From Bacteroidia bacterium (GTDB lineage Bacteria; Bacteroidota; Bacteroidia; AKYH767-A; OLB10): 64,000 bases of DNA. Shown piece by piece: positions 17,130 through 26,878 of this stretch. The stretch is from the NCBI GenBank assembly GCA_039931675.1, contig JBDTRM010000046.1, forward strand, positions 310 to 64,309, given 5' to 3'. The notes beneath the pieces are model-generated. The model worked only from the letters and a program-made list of their open reading frames with translations. It ran no database searches and was not told the DNA's origin. Within the stretch, counting starts at the first letter, position 1; each line of letters begins with the position of its first letter. Both the position numbers and the translations under genes were made by a program.

Positions 17130-19775
17130 CTAATATTGAAACTTCTCTTTCAACACAACTCCATCACTCTCTACAATTAAAAAGTACATTCCCTGCGAAA
17201 AGTTGTAAAGATTAAGATGATTAGTTGTGTTAAGTTGTATCTGTTCATCAAAAACCAGCTTGCCTAATGTGTTGAAAATTTTTACGTGTGCTGATGTGTT
17301 TTCACAACATGGTGTAATTGAAAAGTCAATGCCTCCGTTGTTTGCCACTATTACTAATTGTTGTTTAATATCTTTCTTAAAGATAACGGTTTTCCATTCT
17401 GTATAAGTGCTGCTGCCGTTTATATCAGTTTGTTTTAACCGGTAATAAGAAGTTCCTTGATATGGTTCGTAGTCTCTCTCATTATATGATGCACCTGCAT
17501 TTGCATTACCTTTAGCAGCTATCACGCTTACAACATTTTTATCCTTTGTATCTTTTGATTTTTCTATGGTAAAGAAATGATTGAATGGCTCATTTAATGT
17601 TACCCATTTTATATCAACATAATTGTTTACAGCCTTTGCATCAAAACTTATCAAATTAACGGGCAACGGATTCAATAAATTAATTGATGCCAATGTGTAA
17701 GGACAATATTGTGTAGAGATTAAACTTGAAGTTATAGTTCCCGCAGCGGTTGTGCCTGTAAGCAATCCCGTGTTGTTACCATGATCGCGCCAGATGTTTC
17801 CGCCTGCATCATAACGCGCCACGCGCAAATCATTCATTGAAGTAACACCGCAACTGAAATTATCCCACGAAAGTGTAACCTGGCGGTTAGTAATTCCGGT
17901 AAGCCGGGTAAGATCCCAATACTCGCAATAACTTATGTGATCGAGTGTAGGCTCCAGGTTATTACCAAAAAGTGATTGCGGGTTAACAGGGAAATATTCA
18001 GCGCTAAATGATTCTGTTACAGGTGATGATAAACTTATATCATCAACAGCAAACGAAGGATCAGTGCCGGCATTATCATTATTATTTTCCCATTTGAAAG
18101 CAATTTTTATTCCTGGATTATTGTTCGCACTCACCGGAAGAACTATTGAATAATTAGTCCATTGACCTTGTCCGCTTACGCAAATTGGGCTTTTTAAAGA
18201 TGTATTTAAAACGCTCCATGCGGAACCATCATAATACCAAAGTGAAGCATTATCTAACAATGCTTGTCCATTACCTATATAATTAAATGATAAAGTTATG
18301 CTCGATTTCCCTGTACAATTTATCAATGGTGATTCGGCCCTTCTATTAGTCATGCTAATGCTACTGGCAAGATAAGCAGCACCCCCGGCAGGATTAAAAA
18401 CGCTTGTAACATGCAAAGTTTTGTTTCCATTGTTGGCAACACCGCAACCGGGAGGGGCAATACCACCCTCATCATCCGTAATTTGGAAAAAGTTAGGAAA
18501 ACTTCCTTCAGCACCTAAAATATTTGCGAGTGACCATCCGGAAAGAGCGCTGAAATTTTCAGTCCAGAATGGCGGAGGCAAACCCGCAGCTCCCACGCTC
18601 ATTCCTAATGGCTGCACATTATTTCCTTTACCTATCGGATAAGTAAAACCATTCGTTCCGGTTTTAATGCAAGGTCCACTCACAAAACTTGTATTATTAT
18701 AACCTGATGCTGTTGCAAGGTCTCCAAACGTAATTGGGTATGTGGCAGAAGTTATAAATCGCCCTACTATAAAATTCGCATTGCCATCAACTGTAAATGT
18801 TTTATTTACCAAAACATCATTTGCAGATTTATTAATCTCCAAGTTATAAACTGAAAGGATGCCGGGAGCAATAACAATGGTTTGTGCTATTGCACCTGCA
18901 AATAAAATTTTAGGAGTGCCTGTATAACTCAGTGTTCCGTTTACCGTAAGGTTTGATTCAAATTGAATCCCTGTGCCGCTGTTGCTTAGCGTATTGCCTG
19001 TCCTTATTAACATGTTCCCGATAACACGGGTAGGAGTGCCGTTTGTTTGAGCATTTGAAAAATTAACAGTGCCTATTCCGCTTCCGCCAATATCAAAATT
19101 GCCTTTAATGGTTGGAAATCCTGTTGAGCCAGTGAATATGCTCCCACCTGATGTAATCCAGTTGCCCGCTGTGGCATTTTCAATGGTGAGGTTTCCATAA
19201 AAAGCGCCACCACCTGCTGTTGTTGTAATTACAGGACTTCCGCCTGCTGTCTTTCTCAATATCCAATTTGAGTTAGCAGGGATTGTTGAAACACCACCGT
19301 TATATGCAGTTTGCCAGGTGTTGCTTGCCGATCCCGTGGTTTTTATCAGTGTCGCTCCTGATGACATGCTCCATTTGGCTCCTGCTGAAAAAGTGAGAGT
19401 GCCTCCAACTGTTGTAAGATTATCGGTAATAGTACCATTGTTAATAAGATCAATGCCAACTCCATTATTAATTGTAAGTGTAATTACTCCGCTTATTGTA
19501 AGTGATCCTCCAAGGTTTACCGTCACCTCATCAATCGTAACTGTTGCATTTATTGTAACTGTGTTGGGACTTTGAATAGTAATTGCAAGATCAGCACTTG
19601 TTGGTGTAGTTGCAGCAGGTACCCATCCTCCCACACCCGTAGGTGAACTCTCCCAGGTACTGATTGCATTCCAGTTACCCGTTGCCACTGAACGATAATA
19701 ATTCTGCGCGATGCAATCGGTTGCAGCAGCGAAAATTATCAGCATCAGAACAAAATATTTGTAAAACTTTTTCAA
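17130..19775 (-). CDS. large secreted adhesin-like protein with T9SS C-terminal sorting domain
   Basis: Signal peptide, T/G/N-rich beta-helix-like repeats, C-terminus GMYFLIVESDGVVLKEKFQY. Confidence 0.75.
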   Translation of the reverse strand: MKKFYKYFVLMLIIFAAATDCIAQNYYRSVATGNWNAISTWESSPTGVGGWVPAATTPTSADLAITIQSPNTVTINATVTIDEVTVNLGGSLTISGVITLTINNGVGIDLINNGTITDNLTTVGGTLTFSAGAKWSMSSGATLIKTTGSASNTWQTAYNGGVSTIPANSNWILRKTAGGSPVITTTAGGGAFYGNLTIENATAGNWITSGGSIFTGSTGFPTIKGNFDIGGSGIGTVNFSNAQTNGTPTRVIGNMLIRTGNTLSNSGTGIQFESNLTVNGTLSYTGTPKILFAGAIAQTIVIAPGILSVYNLEINKSANDVLVNKTFTVDGNANFIVGRFITSATYPITFGDLATASGYNNTSFVSGPCIKTGTNGFTYPIGKGNNVQPLGMSVGAAGLPPPFWTENFSALSGWSLANILGAEGSFPNFFQITDDEGGIAPPGCGVANNGNKTLHVTSVFNPAGGAAYLASSISMTNRRAESPLINCTGKSSITLSFNYIGNGQALLDNASLWYYDGSAWSVLNTSLKSPICVSGQGQWTNYSIVLPVSANNNPGIKIAFKWENNNDNAGTDPSFAVDDISLSSPVTESFSAEYFPVNPQSLFGNNLEPTLDHISYCEYWDLTRLTGITNRQVTLSWDNFSCGVTSMNDLRVARYDAGGNIWRDHGNNTGLLTGTTAAGTITSSLISTQYCPYTLASINLLNPLPVNLISFDAKAVNNYVDIKWVTLNEPFNHFFTIEKSKDTKDKNVVSVIAAKGNANAGASYNERDYEPYQGTSYYRLKQTDINGSSTYTEWKTVIFKKDIKQQLVIVANNGGIDFSITPCCENTSAHVKIFNTLGKLVFDEQIQLNTTNHLNLYNFSQGMYFLIVESDGVVLKEKFQY

Positions 19776-20012
19776 CGGATAGATATTGGGTTATTTGTTA
19801 TTCTCTTGCCTTTTGCAACTTGCCTCTTATTTTCCAGCATTATTCAAAGATAAAAATTAAATCCAGCTATTTATATTCATTCACCCAACAAATATGAACA
19901 GGCTGTGAATTAGATACAACAAATGTGCCTTGATAAAATTATCGGTACGGTGATTGATTTAAATGTACCTGTTATCGCAGATATGTTTAATTTTGGCCAA
20001 AATTTAAAAGAG

Positions 20013-20303
20013 ATGATCACAACTAAAATGTCAACATATACCGAAACCGATTTGGATGATGTATTAATTGAAGAATTAATAGATGAAAAACAAATCATAC
20101 TATATAATGATGATGTGAATACATTTGATTGGGTGATAGAGTCGCTCATTAAAGTTTGCAAACATGAAGTGCAACAGGCAGAGCAGTGTGCGCATTTAGT
20201 TCATTACACCGGCAAGTGTGCAGTTAAGGAAGGCAGCTACGACAGGTTAGTACCTATGTGTACTGCTTTGTTAGATCGCGGGCTATCTGCCACTATTGAG
20301 TAA
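20013..20303 (+). CDS. clpS: ATP-dependent Clp protease adaptor ClpS
   Basis: ILYNDDVNTFDWVIESLIKVCKH...AEQCAHLVHYTGKCAV; start trimmed to an internal Met. Confidence 0.85.
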   Translation: MITTKMSTYTETDLDDVLIEELIDEKQIILYNDDVNTFDWVIESLIKVCKHEVQQAEQCAHLVHYTGKCAVKEGSYDRLVPMCTALLDRGLSATIE

Positions 20304-20328
20304 AAAACATTTCTTAAATTTTATTACC

Positions 20329-21153
20329 ATGTTAAAAAAATCAGTATTGATTATAGCAGTTGCTACGTTTATTTTTAATGCATGCAGCAAGGTTCCCATT
20401 ACGGGACGCAAGCAGTTGCATTTATTACCCGAAAGCGAAATGGTGTCAATGGGGTTTGCATCTTACGGAGCTTTTCTCAAAGAAAATCCTCCTGCACCTG
20501 CTACCGATCCTAATGCTGAATTAGTAAAACGTGTAGGCAACAAGTTATCGCAGTCAGTAATTAAATTTCTTGCACAGCAAAAACTAAGCAGCCGCATCTC
20601 CGGTTATAAATGGGAATTTAATTTAGTGAACAGTCCCGAAGCTAACGCCTGGTGTATGCCTGGTGGTAAAGTGGTGGTGTATTCAGGATTGTTGCCCATT
20701 ACAAAAGATGAAAACAGCCTCGCATTTGTTATGGGACATGAAATAGCACATGCTGTGGCGCAACATGGTAACGAAAGAATGAGTCAGCAAATGAGCGTAC
20801 AGGCCGGTGGAATGGCTTTAGATATGTATATGTCACAAAAGCCTGCAGAAACAAGGCTGCTTTATAATACAGCTTATGGTATAGGATCGCAGGTGGGTGT
20901 CATGTTACCATTCTCACGCCTGCATGAAGGCGAAGCAGATAAATTAGGAATGGTGTTTATGGCTTTGGCAGGATATGATCCCCGGCCTACTCCTGATATC
21001 TGGAAACGCATGGCAGCAGCAGGCGGAGCCAAACCGCCTGAAATATTAAGCACGCACCCAAGCGATGCAAACCGTGCTGCCGAAATGCGCAAGTATATGT
21101 CGCAAGCCATGAAGTATTATACAGGCACAGCAAACACTACCGGTGGAAAATAA
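20329..21153 (+). CDS. M48-family zinc metallopeptidase lipoprotein
   Basis: Lipobox FIFNAC, HEIAH zinc motif, downstream EGEADKLG. Confidence 0.8.
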   Translation: MLKKSVLIIAVATFIFNACSKVPITGRKQLHLLPESEMVSMGFASYGAFLKENPPAPATDPNAELVKRVGNKLSQSVIKFLAQQKLSSRISGYKWEFNLVNSPEANAWCMPGGKVVVYSGLLPITKDENSLAFVMGHEIAHAVAQHGNERMSQQMSVQAGGMALDMYMSQKPAETRLLYNTAYGIGSQVGVMLPFSRLHEGEADKLGMVFMALAGYDPRPTPDIWKRMAAAGGAKPPEILSTHPSDANRAAEMRKYMSQAMKYYTGTANTTGGK

Positions 21154-21215
21154 ATATCAGGTATAACTTTTATCGGGATTGTTATTTAATTTGGTGCAAA
21201 TTTGCGAACATAAAT

Positions 21216-21293
21216 AAGTCATAAGTCATAAGGTATAAGGAATAAGACAACATACGATTTACCGCTAACTACTTATGCCTTACAACTTACGAC
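21216..21293. repeat. imperfect inverted repeat built from ATAAG/GTATAAGG words
   Basis: aagtcataagtcataaggtataaggaataag ... cttatgccttacaacttacgact. Confidence 0.5.
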
Positions 21294-21321
21294 TAATGAT
21301 TTACCCAATAACAAAACTCCA

Positions 21322-21786
21322 ATGCTTCTCGCATCCATTATTGCAATTATTCTTTTCGGTATTATATTGATTGTACTTGAAATATTGGTTCTGCCCGGAT
21401 TAATTGCCGGTATTATTGGTGCTATCTTTATGATTATGGGTTTAGTGATGATGTATAAAAACTATGGTGATGTTTATGGCAACATAACTTTAATTGCTAC
21501 CATTGTGCTCACAGCGTCAGCGTTAATTTATGCACTAAAATCAAAAGCCTGGAGGCGTTTCGGATTAAAAGATACTATTGATTCAAAAGTAATTGATTTA
21601 CAAAAAGAGCATATCGAACCAGGAACCATTGCTATCACAACATCAGCATTAAGACCAATGGGAACCGTGATAATCGGGATGAACAAATACGAAGCACAAA
21701 CAAGCGGAGCGTACATTGAAGCTAACAGCGAAGTAGTAGTTTTAAAAGTTCTTACCAATAAATTATTAGTAGAATTGAAAAGTTGA
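21322..21786 (+). CDS. NfeD-family membrane protein
   Basis: Three N-terminal TM helices plus a C-terminal OB-like domain; precedes floA as in yqeZ-yqfA pairs. Confidence 0.75.
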   Translation: MLLASIIAIILFGIILIVLEILVLPGLIAGIIGAIFMIMGLVMMYKNYGDVYGNITLIATIVLTASALIYALKSKAWRRFGLKDTIDSKVIDLQKEHIEPGTIAITTSALRPMGTVIIGMNKYEAQTSGAYIEANSEVVVLKVLTNKLLVELKS

Positions 21787-21792
21787 TCAGTT

Positions 21793-21826
21793 AAACTTTC
21801 GGAAAGTTGAAGGAACTTTCCGAAAA
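21793..21826. repeat. hairpin ACTTTCGGAAAGT-N-ACTTTCCGAAA (terminator-like; same arms as 60995-61026)
   Basis: Inverted repeat directly after the nfeD stop. Confidence 0.7.
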
Positions 21827-21936
21827 TAAAATATTCCTCTCACTCCATCATTTCTTCCGATACATCGGAATCCATCATTCCAGTTATCCCAACATTCAAT
21901 CATTCAACATTCAAAAATTCAAAACTTCAAACAAAT

Positions 21937-22917
21937 ATGAGCACATTACCGGTTACCATTTTTGCAATTATAGGAGGTATTATTCTCCTTTTTATGTTTC
22001 TTTATTTTGTTCCTGTTGGATTGTGGATCACAGCAGTATTTTCAAATGTGCGCATCAGCATTTTTGATTTGATAACGATGCGCCTTCGCAAGGTGCCACC
22101 TGCAATAGTTGTTAATGCATTAATCAATTCTACTAAAGCAGGATTAGCAGTAACAAAAAACGAAATTGAAACGCATTACCTCGCAGGTGGTCATGTTAAC
22201 AACGTTATGAAAGCTATGATATCAGCCGACAAGGCAAACATTCCTTTAACCTTTAAATTGGCTACAGCAATTGACCTTGCAGGACGTGATGTTGCTGATG
22301 CCGTGCAGTTGTCAGTTAACCCGCGTGTGATTGATACACCGCCTGTTTCTGCTGTTGCAAAAAACGGAATTCAGTTAATGGTGAAAGCACGAGTGACTGT
22401 TCGCGCCAACATTAACCAGTTGGTAGGTGGTGCAGGTGAGGAAACAATATTGGCCCGTGTAGGCGAAGGTATAGTTACCACGATAGGCTCAGCACACGAT
22501 CATAAAACAGTGCTCGAAAATCCTGACCAGATCAGTAAAACGGTTTTGAATAAAGGACTTGATGCAGGCACAGCTTTCGAAATTTTATCAATTGATATTG
22601 CCGATATTGATGTGGGTGAAAACATTGGCGCGAAATTGCAAACTGACCAGGCATCGGCCGATTTAAAAGTGGCACAGGCAAAAGCCGAAGAGCGCAGGGC
22701 AATGGCCGTAGCTTACGAGCAGGAGATGAAAGCCAAAGCACAGGAAGCACGCGCTAAGGTAATAGAAGCCGAAGCGCAGATACCAATGGCAATGGCCGAA
22801 GCTTTTCGTTCGGGTAATTTAGGAATTATGGATTACTATAAAATGCAAAATATACAGGCTGATACCACCATGCGCGAATCATTTGGTAAAGGTGGAGGAA
22901 CACAAGAGAAAAAGTAA
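21937..22917 (+). CDS. floA: flotillin-like protein FloA (SPFH family, YqfA-like)
   Basis: Very close in pattern to B. subtilis FloA as I recall it: GMRLR..., [62 protein letters not shown]. Confidence 0.9.
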   Translation: MSTLPVTIFAIIGGIILLFMFLYFVPVGLWITAVFSNVRISIFDLITMRLRKVPPAIVVNALINSTKAGLAVTKNEIETHYLAGGHVNNVMKAMISADKANIPLTFKLATAIDLAGRDVADAVQLSVNPRVIDTPPVSAVAKNGIQLMVKARVTVRANINQLVGGAGEETILARVGEGIVTTIGSAHDHKTVLENPDQISKTVLNKGLDAGTAFEILSIDIADIDVGENIGAKLQTDQASADLKVAQAKAEERRAMAVAYEQEMKAKAQEARAKVIEAEAQIPMAMAEAFRSGNLGIMDYYKMQNIQADTTMRESFGKGGGTQEKK

Positions 22918-22976
22918 GCGTGTTTTAAAATATTTGGGTTGCAAAAAGGATGGTGCAATAATAAGGGTGATTCTTT

Positions 22977-23507
22977 TTAAGTGTCAATTGTTACTATGCC
23001 ATTTATTTCATACTTATTTAAATCCTCAGTCAAAATTCTTTTTCCTTTTCTTTTTTTATAAAATCTTATTTGGCAACCATTGTAATGCTCATCATTCGCC
23101 CATTTCATTTTTTTATCAAATTGTTGACCTAATTCAACTGTCTCAAATGACAGGACAAATTGCAATTTCGTTTTACCTGCATTTTGAAACTTCTCAACTA
23201 ATAGTTTTAAAGTTGTTAATCCTGCCGAAATAATTTTTCTTAAATTTTCTTTGTCAGCAGTTTTTAAATAATCCTCAACATGAAAATGATTTATTAAACT
23301 TTCGGTTCCGGTTTTATCAACTAATGTTTTTGGAAAAGGGTTTTTTTCATTTGTTAATGTTGTCATAGTGATACAATCGTTCTGCTCTAAAATTTCTCCT
23401 GAAATAAGTTTGCTTAATTTTTGGGGAATTGCAAAGTCAACAGTCTTGAAGTCAATATCAAGCTGTTTTAAATATCTGTCAAAAATCTTATTGGTTTTTA
23501 TTTTCAC
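22977..23507 (-). CDS. hypothetical cytoplasmic protein preceded by a solo array-2 element
   Basis: 176-codon ORF (GTG start) 25 nt downstream of element copy 23533-23573. Confidence 0.55.
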   Translation of the reverse strand: MKIKTNKIFDRYLKQLDIDFKTVDFAIPQKLSKLISGEILEQNDCITMTTLTNEKNPFPKTLVDKTGTESLINHFHVEDYLKTADKENLRKIISAGLTTLKLLVEKFQNAGKTKLQFVLSFETVELGQQFDKKMKWANDEHYNGCQIRFYKKRKGKRILTEDLNKYEINGIVTIDT

Positions 23508-23532
23508 GTCAGTTGTAAAGAGTTCGACATTT

Positions 23533-23573
23533 CATTTTAAAACTATTTGGTTTGCGAAAAGTAGGGAATAAAT
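23533..23573 (-). repeat. array-2 element, solo copy
   Basis: + strand cattttaaaactatttggtttgcgaaaagtagggaataaat. Confidence 0.9.
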
Positions 23574-23624
23574 GACAGGACTATCATTGTTTTGTTGAGA
23601 AGGAAAGAAACTTGTAAGCTGATA

Positions 23625-24092
23625 TTATTCACATTCATAAAACCCACTGAAATTTATTGAATCCTTTAAAACAGGAAATATTCTTAAATAACATTTATCT
23701 ACTTTTAGTAGGACTGAATCTGATGAACAACTTACATCAACAAAATAAATGTAGTTATAACTATTATTTACCATTGAAATTGAGTCACCGATAATTAAAT
23801 TAGGATCTCCTAAATAATGCTTCAGCTCTTTGCTATCTTGAAATTTGTAAATCTGATTTAAAATATCCCTCCATAATTTAATTCTTTTCCCTTTGCACCC
23901 TAAACTATCTTCTTTCCATTTCATAAAAAGATAAGCAAGACTATCGTCAATTAATATTGACTTTTCAATTTTATTAGTTTGGCATTTACATTTATTACTA
24001 CCAGAAAACGCCAAGTTTGCTGTGGCAATAAAAATAACAACAAAAATACGTTTAGATATTCTCTTCACACCGCTTTCAATTTCATATTTCAT
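23625..24092 (-). CDS. hypothetical secreted protein
   Basis: 155-codon ORF with N-terminal hydrophobic segment. Confidence 0.5.
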   Translation of the reverse strand: MKYEIESGVKRISKRIFVVIFIATANLAFSGSNKCKCQTNKIEKSILIDDSLAYLFMKWKEDSLGCKGKRIKLWRDILNQIYKFQDSKELKHYLGDPNLIIGDSISMVNNSYNYIYFVDVSCSSDSVLLKVDKCYLRIFPVLKDSINFSGFYECE

Positions 24093-24146
24093 TTGTCAGT
24101 TATTTGGTTGGCCTTATGTTTTTGAAAATGGAATGTGCTTCTGTTA

Positions 24147-24659
24147 TCAATTCATCTTTAGATTTTCATCTATCCATGCATCTAACTTTCCGTCCGCATC
24201 ACTCTTTATGAGCTTATCCATATTTTTATCTTTCTGGATTCCTTTGCCCGTCTTATAAACGCTTATCATATCATGGAGAGCGGCCTTCTGCTTAGGTCGT
24301 ATATCTTTTGAGTAATTGTTTTCGAGAACATATTTTGCAGATGATGCCATAAAGAGCACTAACATCCCTTCATTTTTTTTGTCAAAGTTCATAATAGTCT
24401 CATTGATTTCTACGCTTACCGAAGGACTTCCGTTTATCCATTTTACAACAAATGCCGATACATCTTTTCGTTTTTCAATCTGCTCATTGGATGGAGTTTC
24501 TTTAAGCCATTTAGCCGCTTCGATAATACTTTTTTCATACTGGGCATAATCTTCGGCCAATACAAACTGGTAGTCTTTAGGAACTTCGAAACTCTGAGCG
24601 CAAAGATTTTTTGCGGTTAGGATAAATAAGCTGACAAGAATTAAATTGATTGTTTTCAT
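24147..24659 (-). CDS. hypothetical secreted protein
   Basis: 170-codon ORF with signal peptide (LTAKNLCAQS). Confidence 0.55.
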   Translation of the reverse strand: MKTINLILVSLFILTAKNLCAQSFEVPKDYQFVLAEDYAQYEKSIIEAAKWLKETPSNEQIEKRKDVSAFVVKWINGSPSVSVEINETIMNFDKKNEGMLVLFMASSAKYVLENNYSKDIRPKQKAALHDMISVYKTGKGIQKDKNMDKLIKSDADGKLDAWIDENLKMN

Positions 24660-24698
24660 AATTTTTGATTTTAATTTATTTGAGATTGTAATTGCTGA

Positions 24699-26813
24699 CT
24701 ATAAAGTTTTTTCGAGCACAAGCGTTACCTTGTTAAAATCGGCAGATGCATTTATAACTTTCCTGAACTGATCATATTGATTAACAGGATAAGTTAGATT
24801 ATTATAGAACTCATGAATTTTTATTTCGATTTTATTTTCGCTTTGCGTGTAGCTGGAAATAAATCCCATAGTGGGCGAACCGGTTTCGCCACCGGTAATG
24901 TTCATATTGATTGCATCAAGTCCTTTGGCAACATAACCTGTAGGAACTGTAATGGTAATAGTGCGGTCGAGATTATGGGGGAAGTTAATTTCCATTGGTT
25001 TCTGGCGTGGCTTATCCTGGTACATTTCTACCTGCGGACCTATAACCGCTCCAACTTTGAAGAGGTATGTTTTATCAGCTTTTTCGAGCAATGATGAATA
25101 AGTGATATCGGCATTAATTATAAAATCTTTATCAGCTTCATTAGTATTGAGGTTATAATTTGAAGCATCTATATTAACCACTTTGGCGCCTTCAACTCCC
25201 ATTTTCATTACCTCATCCAATAGCTCTTTCTTTTTGTCGGGCTGGGCATAAAAATAATAAGGACGCACGCCAATGGCTGCAAAACCAGCCATGCTGCGAT
25301 GCGTATGCTGCACCACCTGGAGCATATCCTGCGAAAACCTGATTGCAATTTCCATATTGTCGTGGCTGGTTGCTGCGGTGGCATCGGGTAATTTCTTTAT
25401 AGTAGTCACGCCTGAAACAATGTCGCCCAGCCCCACTTCTTTTATAAACAGTGCATAGCAGCCGCTGTATTGCGCAGGCGGATCGCCCACCCTTGAAACA
25501 AAGTTTGCCGGCATTACATATTTATTAATTGAAGGATAAAAAAACATCACATCTTCAAGATAATTCCATGATTCAAAATCGGGATCAAACCGCCTCGAGT
25601 ATCTGCTTGAGGTTACAACTATCTCCAGTTTTAAACCGGCAATCTTAGACAAGGCAAAACATAATTTATTGGCACCAAATTCATCTGCTATCTCTTTTTT
25701 AATTACGGTAGCAAGGTTGTCACCATCAGCATTTTCGCGAATATCAAAAGAGGTTTTAATGCAGCTTTCAATGGCTCTTACTTTATCCTCGTCTGTTTTG
25801 CTTTTCAGGTCAAGCTTTGAAGCCAATTTTTCAACAGCCTTTGTTTCATCTTTTTCCATTGTGCTGAGGCGCTGATAAAATTTATTACCGGCATCAGCGA
25901 AAGACATCAGGTTCGTTTTACCTGTTGAAGTGTTTTGCGAAAGCTTATATTCTATCCTGGTAAGATTTGCATCTTCTATTGCATATTTTTCATCATTAGA
26001 TGGTGCAACATTATTAAACACTGCTGTAACAAAGCGTTTTTTACCGATAAGTGTATCCGGCATGTTACAAGTACCGTTATATACTTTGGCTTTCATAATA
26101 AGATTTTCAGGGCTTATAATATCCAATTCAAACTGGCGCGTCAACACACCTGATTGAACAAATTCACTGCTGCCTGAATAAGTAGTATAGCGCTTAGTGG
26201 TATAATAATATTCAAGCTCGCTCCCTTTTTCAAGACCATCCACTGCAAGCGACATATAAACCTGCCCCTTCTCGGTAACAGGTTTCATTTCGCCAAGCAG
26301 CATTTCTTTTGATTTGCCTCCGCTGTTTACCGATCTTGCTTTAAAGGATATCAGCATGTCAGGGTTCCTCACAGGGATATATATTTTATTATACTCATCT
26401 ACTGATTTACTTTCATTAATATGAACGATGCGATGCCGGAAATAATATTGCTCAATTTCACCATCTTTATTATAGATGTATTCAATTACACGCTTATCTG
26501 TAATAACCACCACAGGCTCGGCTGCTTCAGTTGCACTGAGCTGGTGAATTGCCGAACTGCCTTCCCATTCGTAGTTTCTCATTTCAATACTCTGCGACCA
26601 TGCGCAGAAGGGAAGAAAGATTGCGATTAATAATACTTTACTTTTAAAATGGATAAATAATCCGGCAGAATATTTTGAATTAAAGATATCGAACAAACGA
26701 ATTAAGAATTTAGAAGTACACCGTTTTAAACTTCTAAATTCCATTGTTCTAATGTTCTGAATTCTTAATTCATTTTGATCTTGGATTGTCCATGTCAGAG
26801 ATTTACTTTTCAT
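24699..26813 (-). CDS. DUF3857-like / degenerate transglutaminase-like protein
   Basis: Paralogous in layout to 26878..28806. The segment FGANKLCFALSKIAGLKLEIV resembles a transglutaminase core. The true start is probably an internal Met near 26744. Confidence 0.55.
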   Translation of the reverse strand: MKSKSLTWTIQDQNELRIQNIRTMEFRSLKRCTSKFLIRLFDIFNSKYSAGLFIHFKSKVLLIAIFLPFCAWSQSIEMRNYEWEGSSAIHQLSATEAAEPVVVITDKRVIEYIYNKDGEIEQYYFRHRIVHINESKSVDEYNKIYIPVRNPDMLISFKARSVNSGGKSKEMLLGEMKPVTEKGQVYMSLAVDGLEKGSELEYYYTTKRYTTYSGSSEFVQSGVLTRQFELDIISPENLIMKAKVYNGTCNMPDTLIGKKRFVTAVFNNVAPSNDEKYAIEDANLTRIEYKLSQNTSTGKTNLMSFADAGNKFYQRLSTMEKDETKAVEKLASKLDLKSKTDEDKVRAIESCIKTSFDIRENADGDNLATVIKKEIADEFGANKLCFALSKIAGLKLEIVVTSSRYSRRFDPDFESWNYLEDVMFFYPSINKYVMPANFVSRVGDPPAQYSGCYALFIKEVGLGDIVSGVTTIKKLPDATAATSHDNMEIAIRFSQDMLQVVQHTHRSMAGFAAIGVRPYYFYAQPDKKKELLDEVMKMGVEGAKVVNIDASNYNLNTNEADKDFIINADITYSSLLEKADKTYLFKVGAVIGPQVEMYQDKPRQKPMEINFPHNLDRTITITVPTGYVAKGLDAINMNITGGETGSPTMGFISSYTQSENKIEIKIHEFYNNLTYPVNQYDQFRKVINASADFNKVTLVLEKTL

Positions 26814-26825
26814 TGATGTAATTTT

Positions 26826-26878
26826 GAATGATGAATGACGAATAACCTTATACCCTATACCCCAATACCCTTATACCC
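26826..26878. repeat. tandem word repeats (GAATGA xN; CCTTATACC / CTATACCCC / AATACCC)
   Basis: tgaatgatgaatgacgaataaccttataccctataccccaatacccttataccc. Confidence 0.7.

Noticed and set aside
19910-20161. 83-codon - strand ORF, and the long 5' extension of clpS (start 19923)
   Set aside because: ClpS proteins are about 95-100 aa, and the conserved core begins near residue 45 of the 126-aa ORF. The antisense ORF has no support.
21807-22067. 86-codon + ORF overlapping the floA start
   Set aside because: It is translated from the tandem CATTCAA-type intergenic words and is out of frame with the strongly supported floA; likely spurious.
22883-23233. 116-codon + ORF overlapping the end of floA and antisense to 22977..23507
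   Set aside because: It is a low-complexity F/L-rich frame. The - strand ORF is longer and has the conserved array-2 element upstream, so the - strand gene was preferred, with only moderate confidence.
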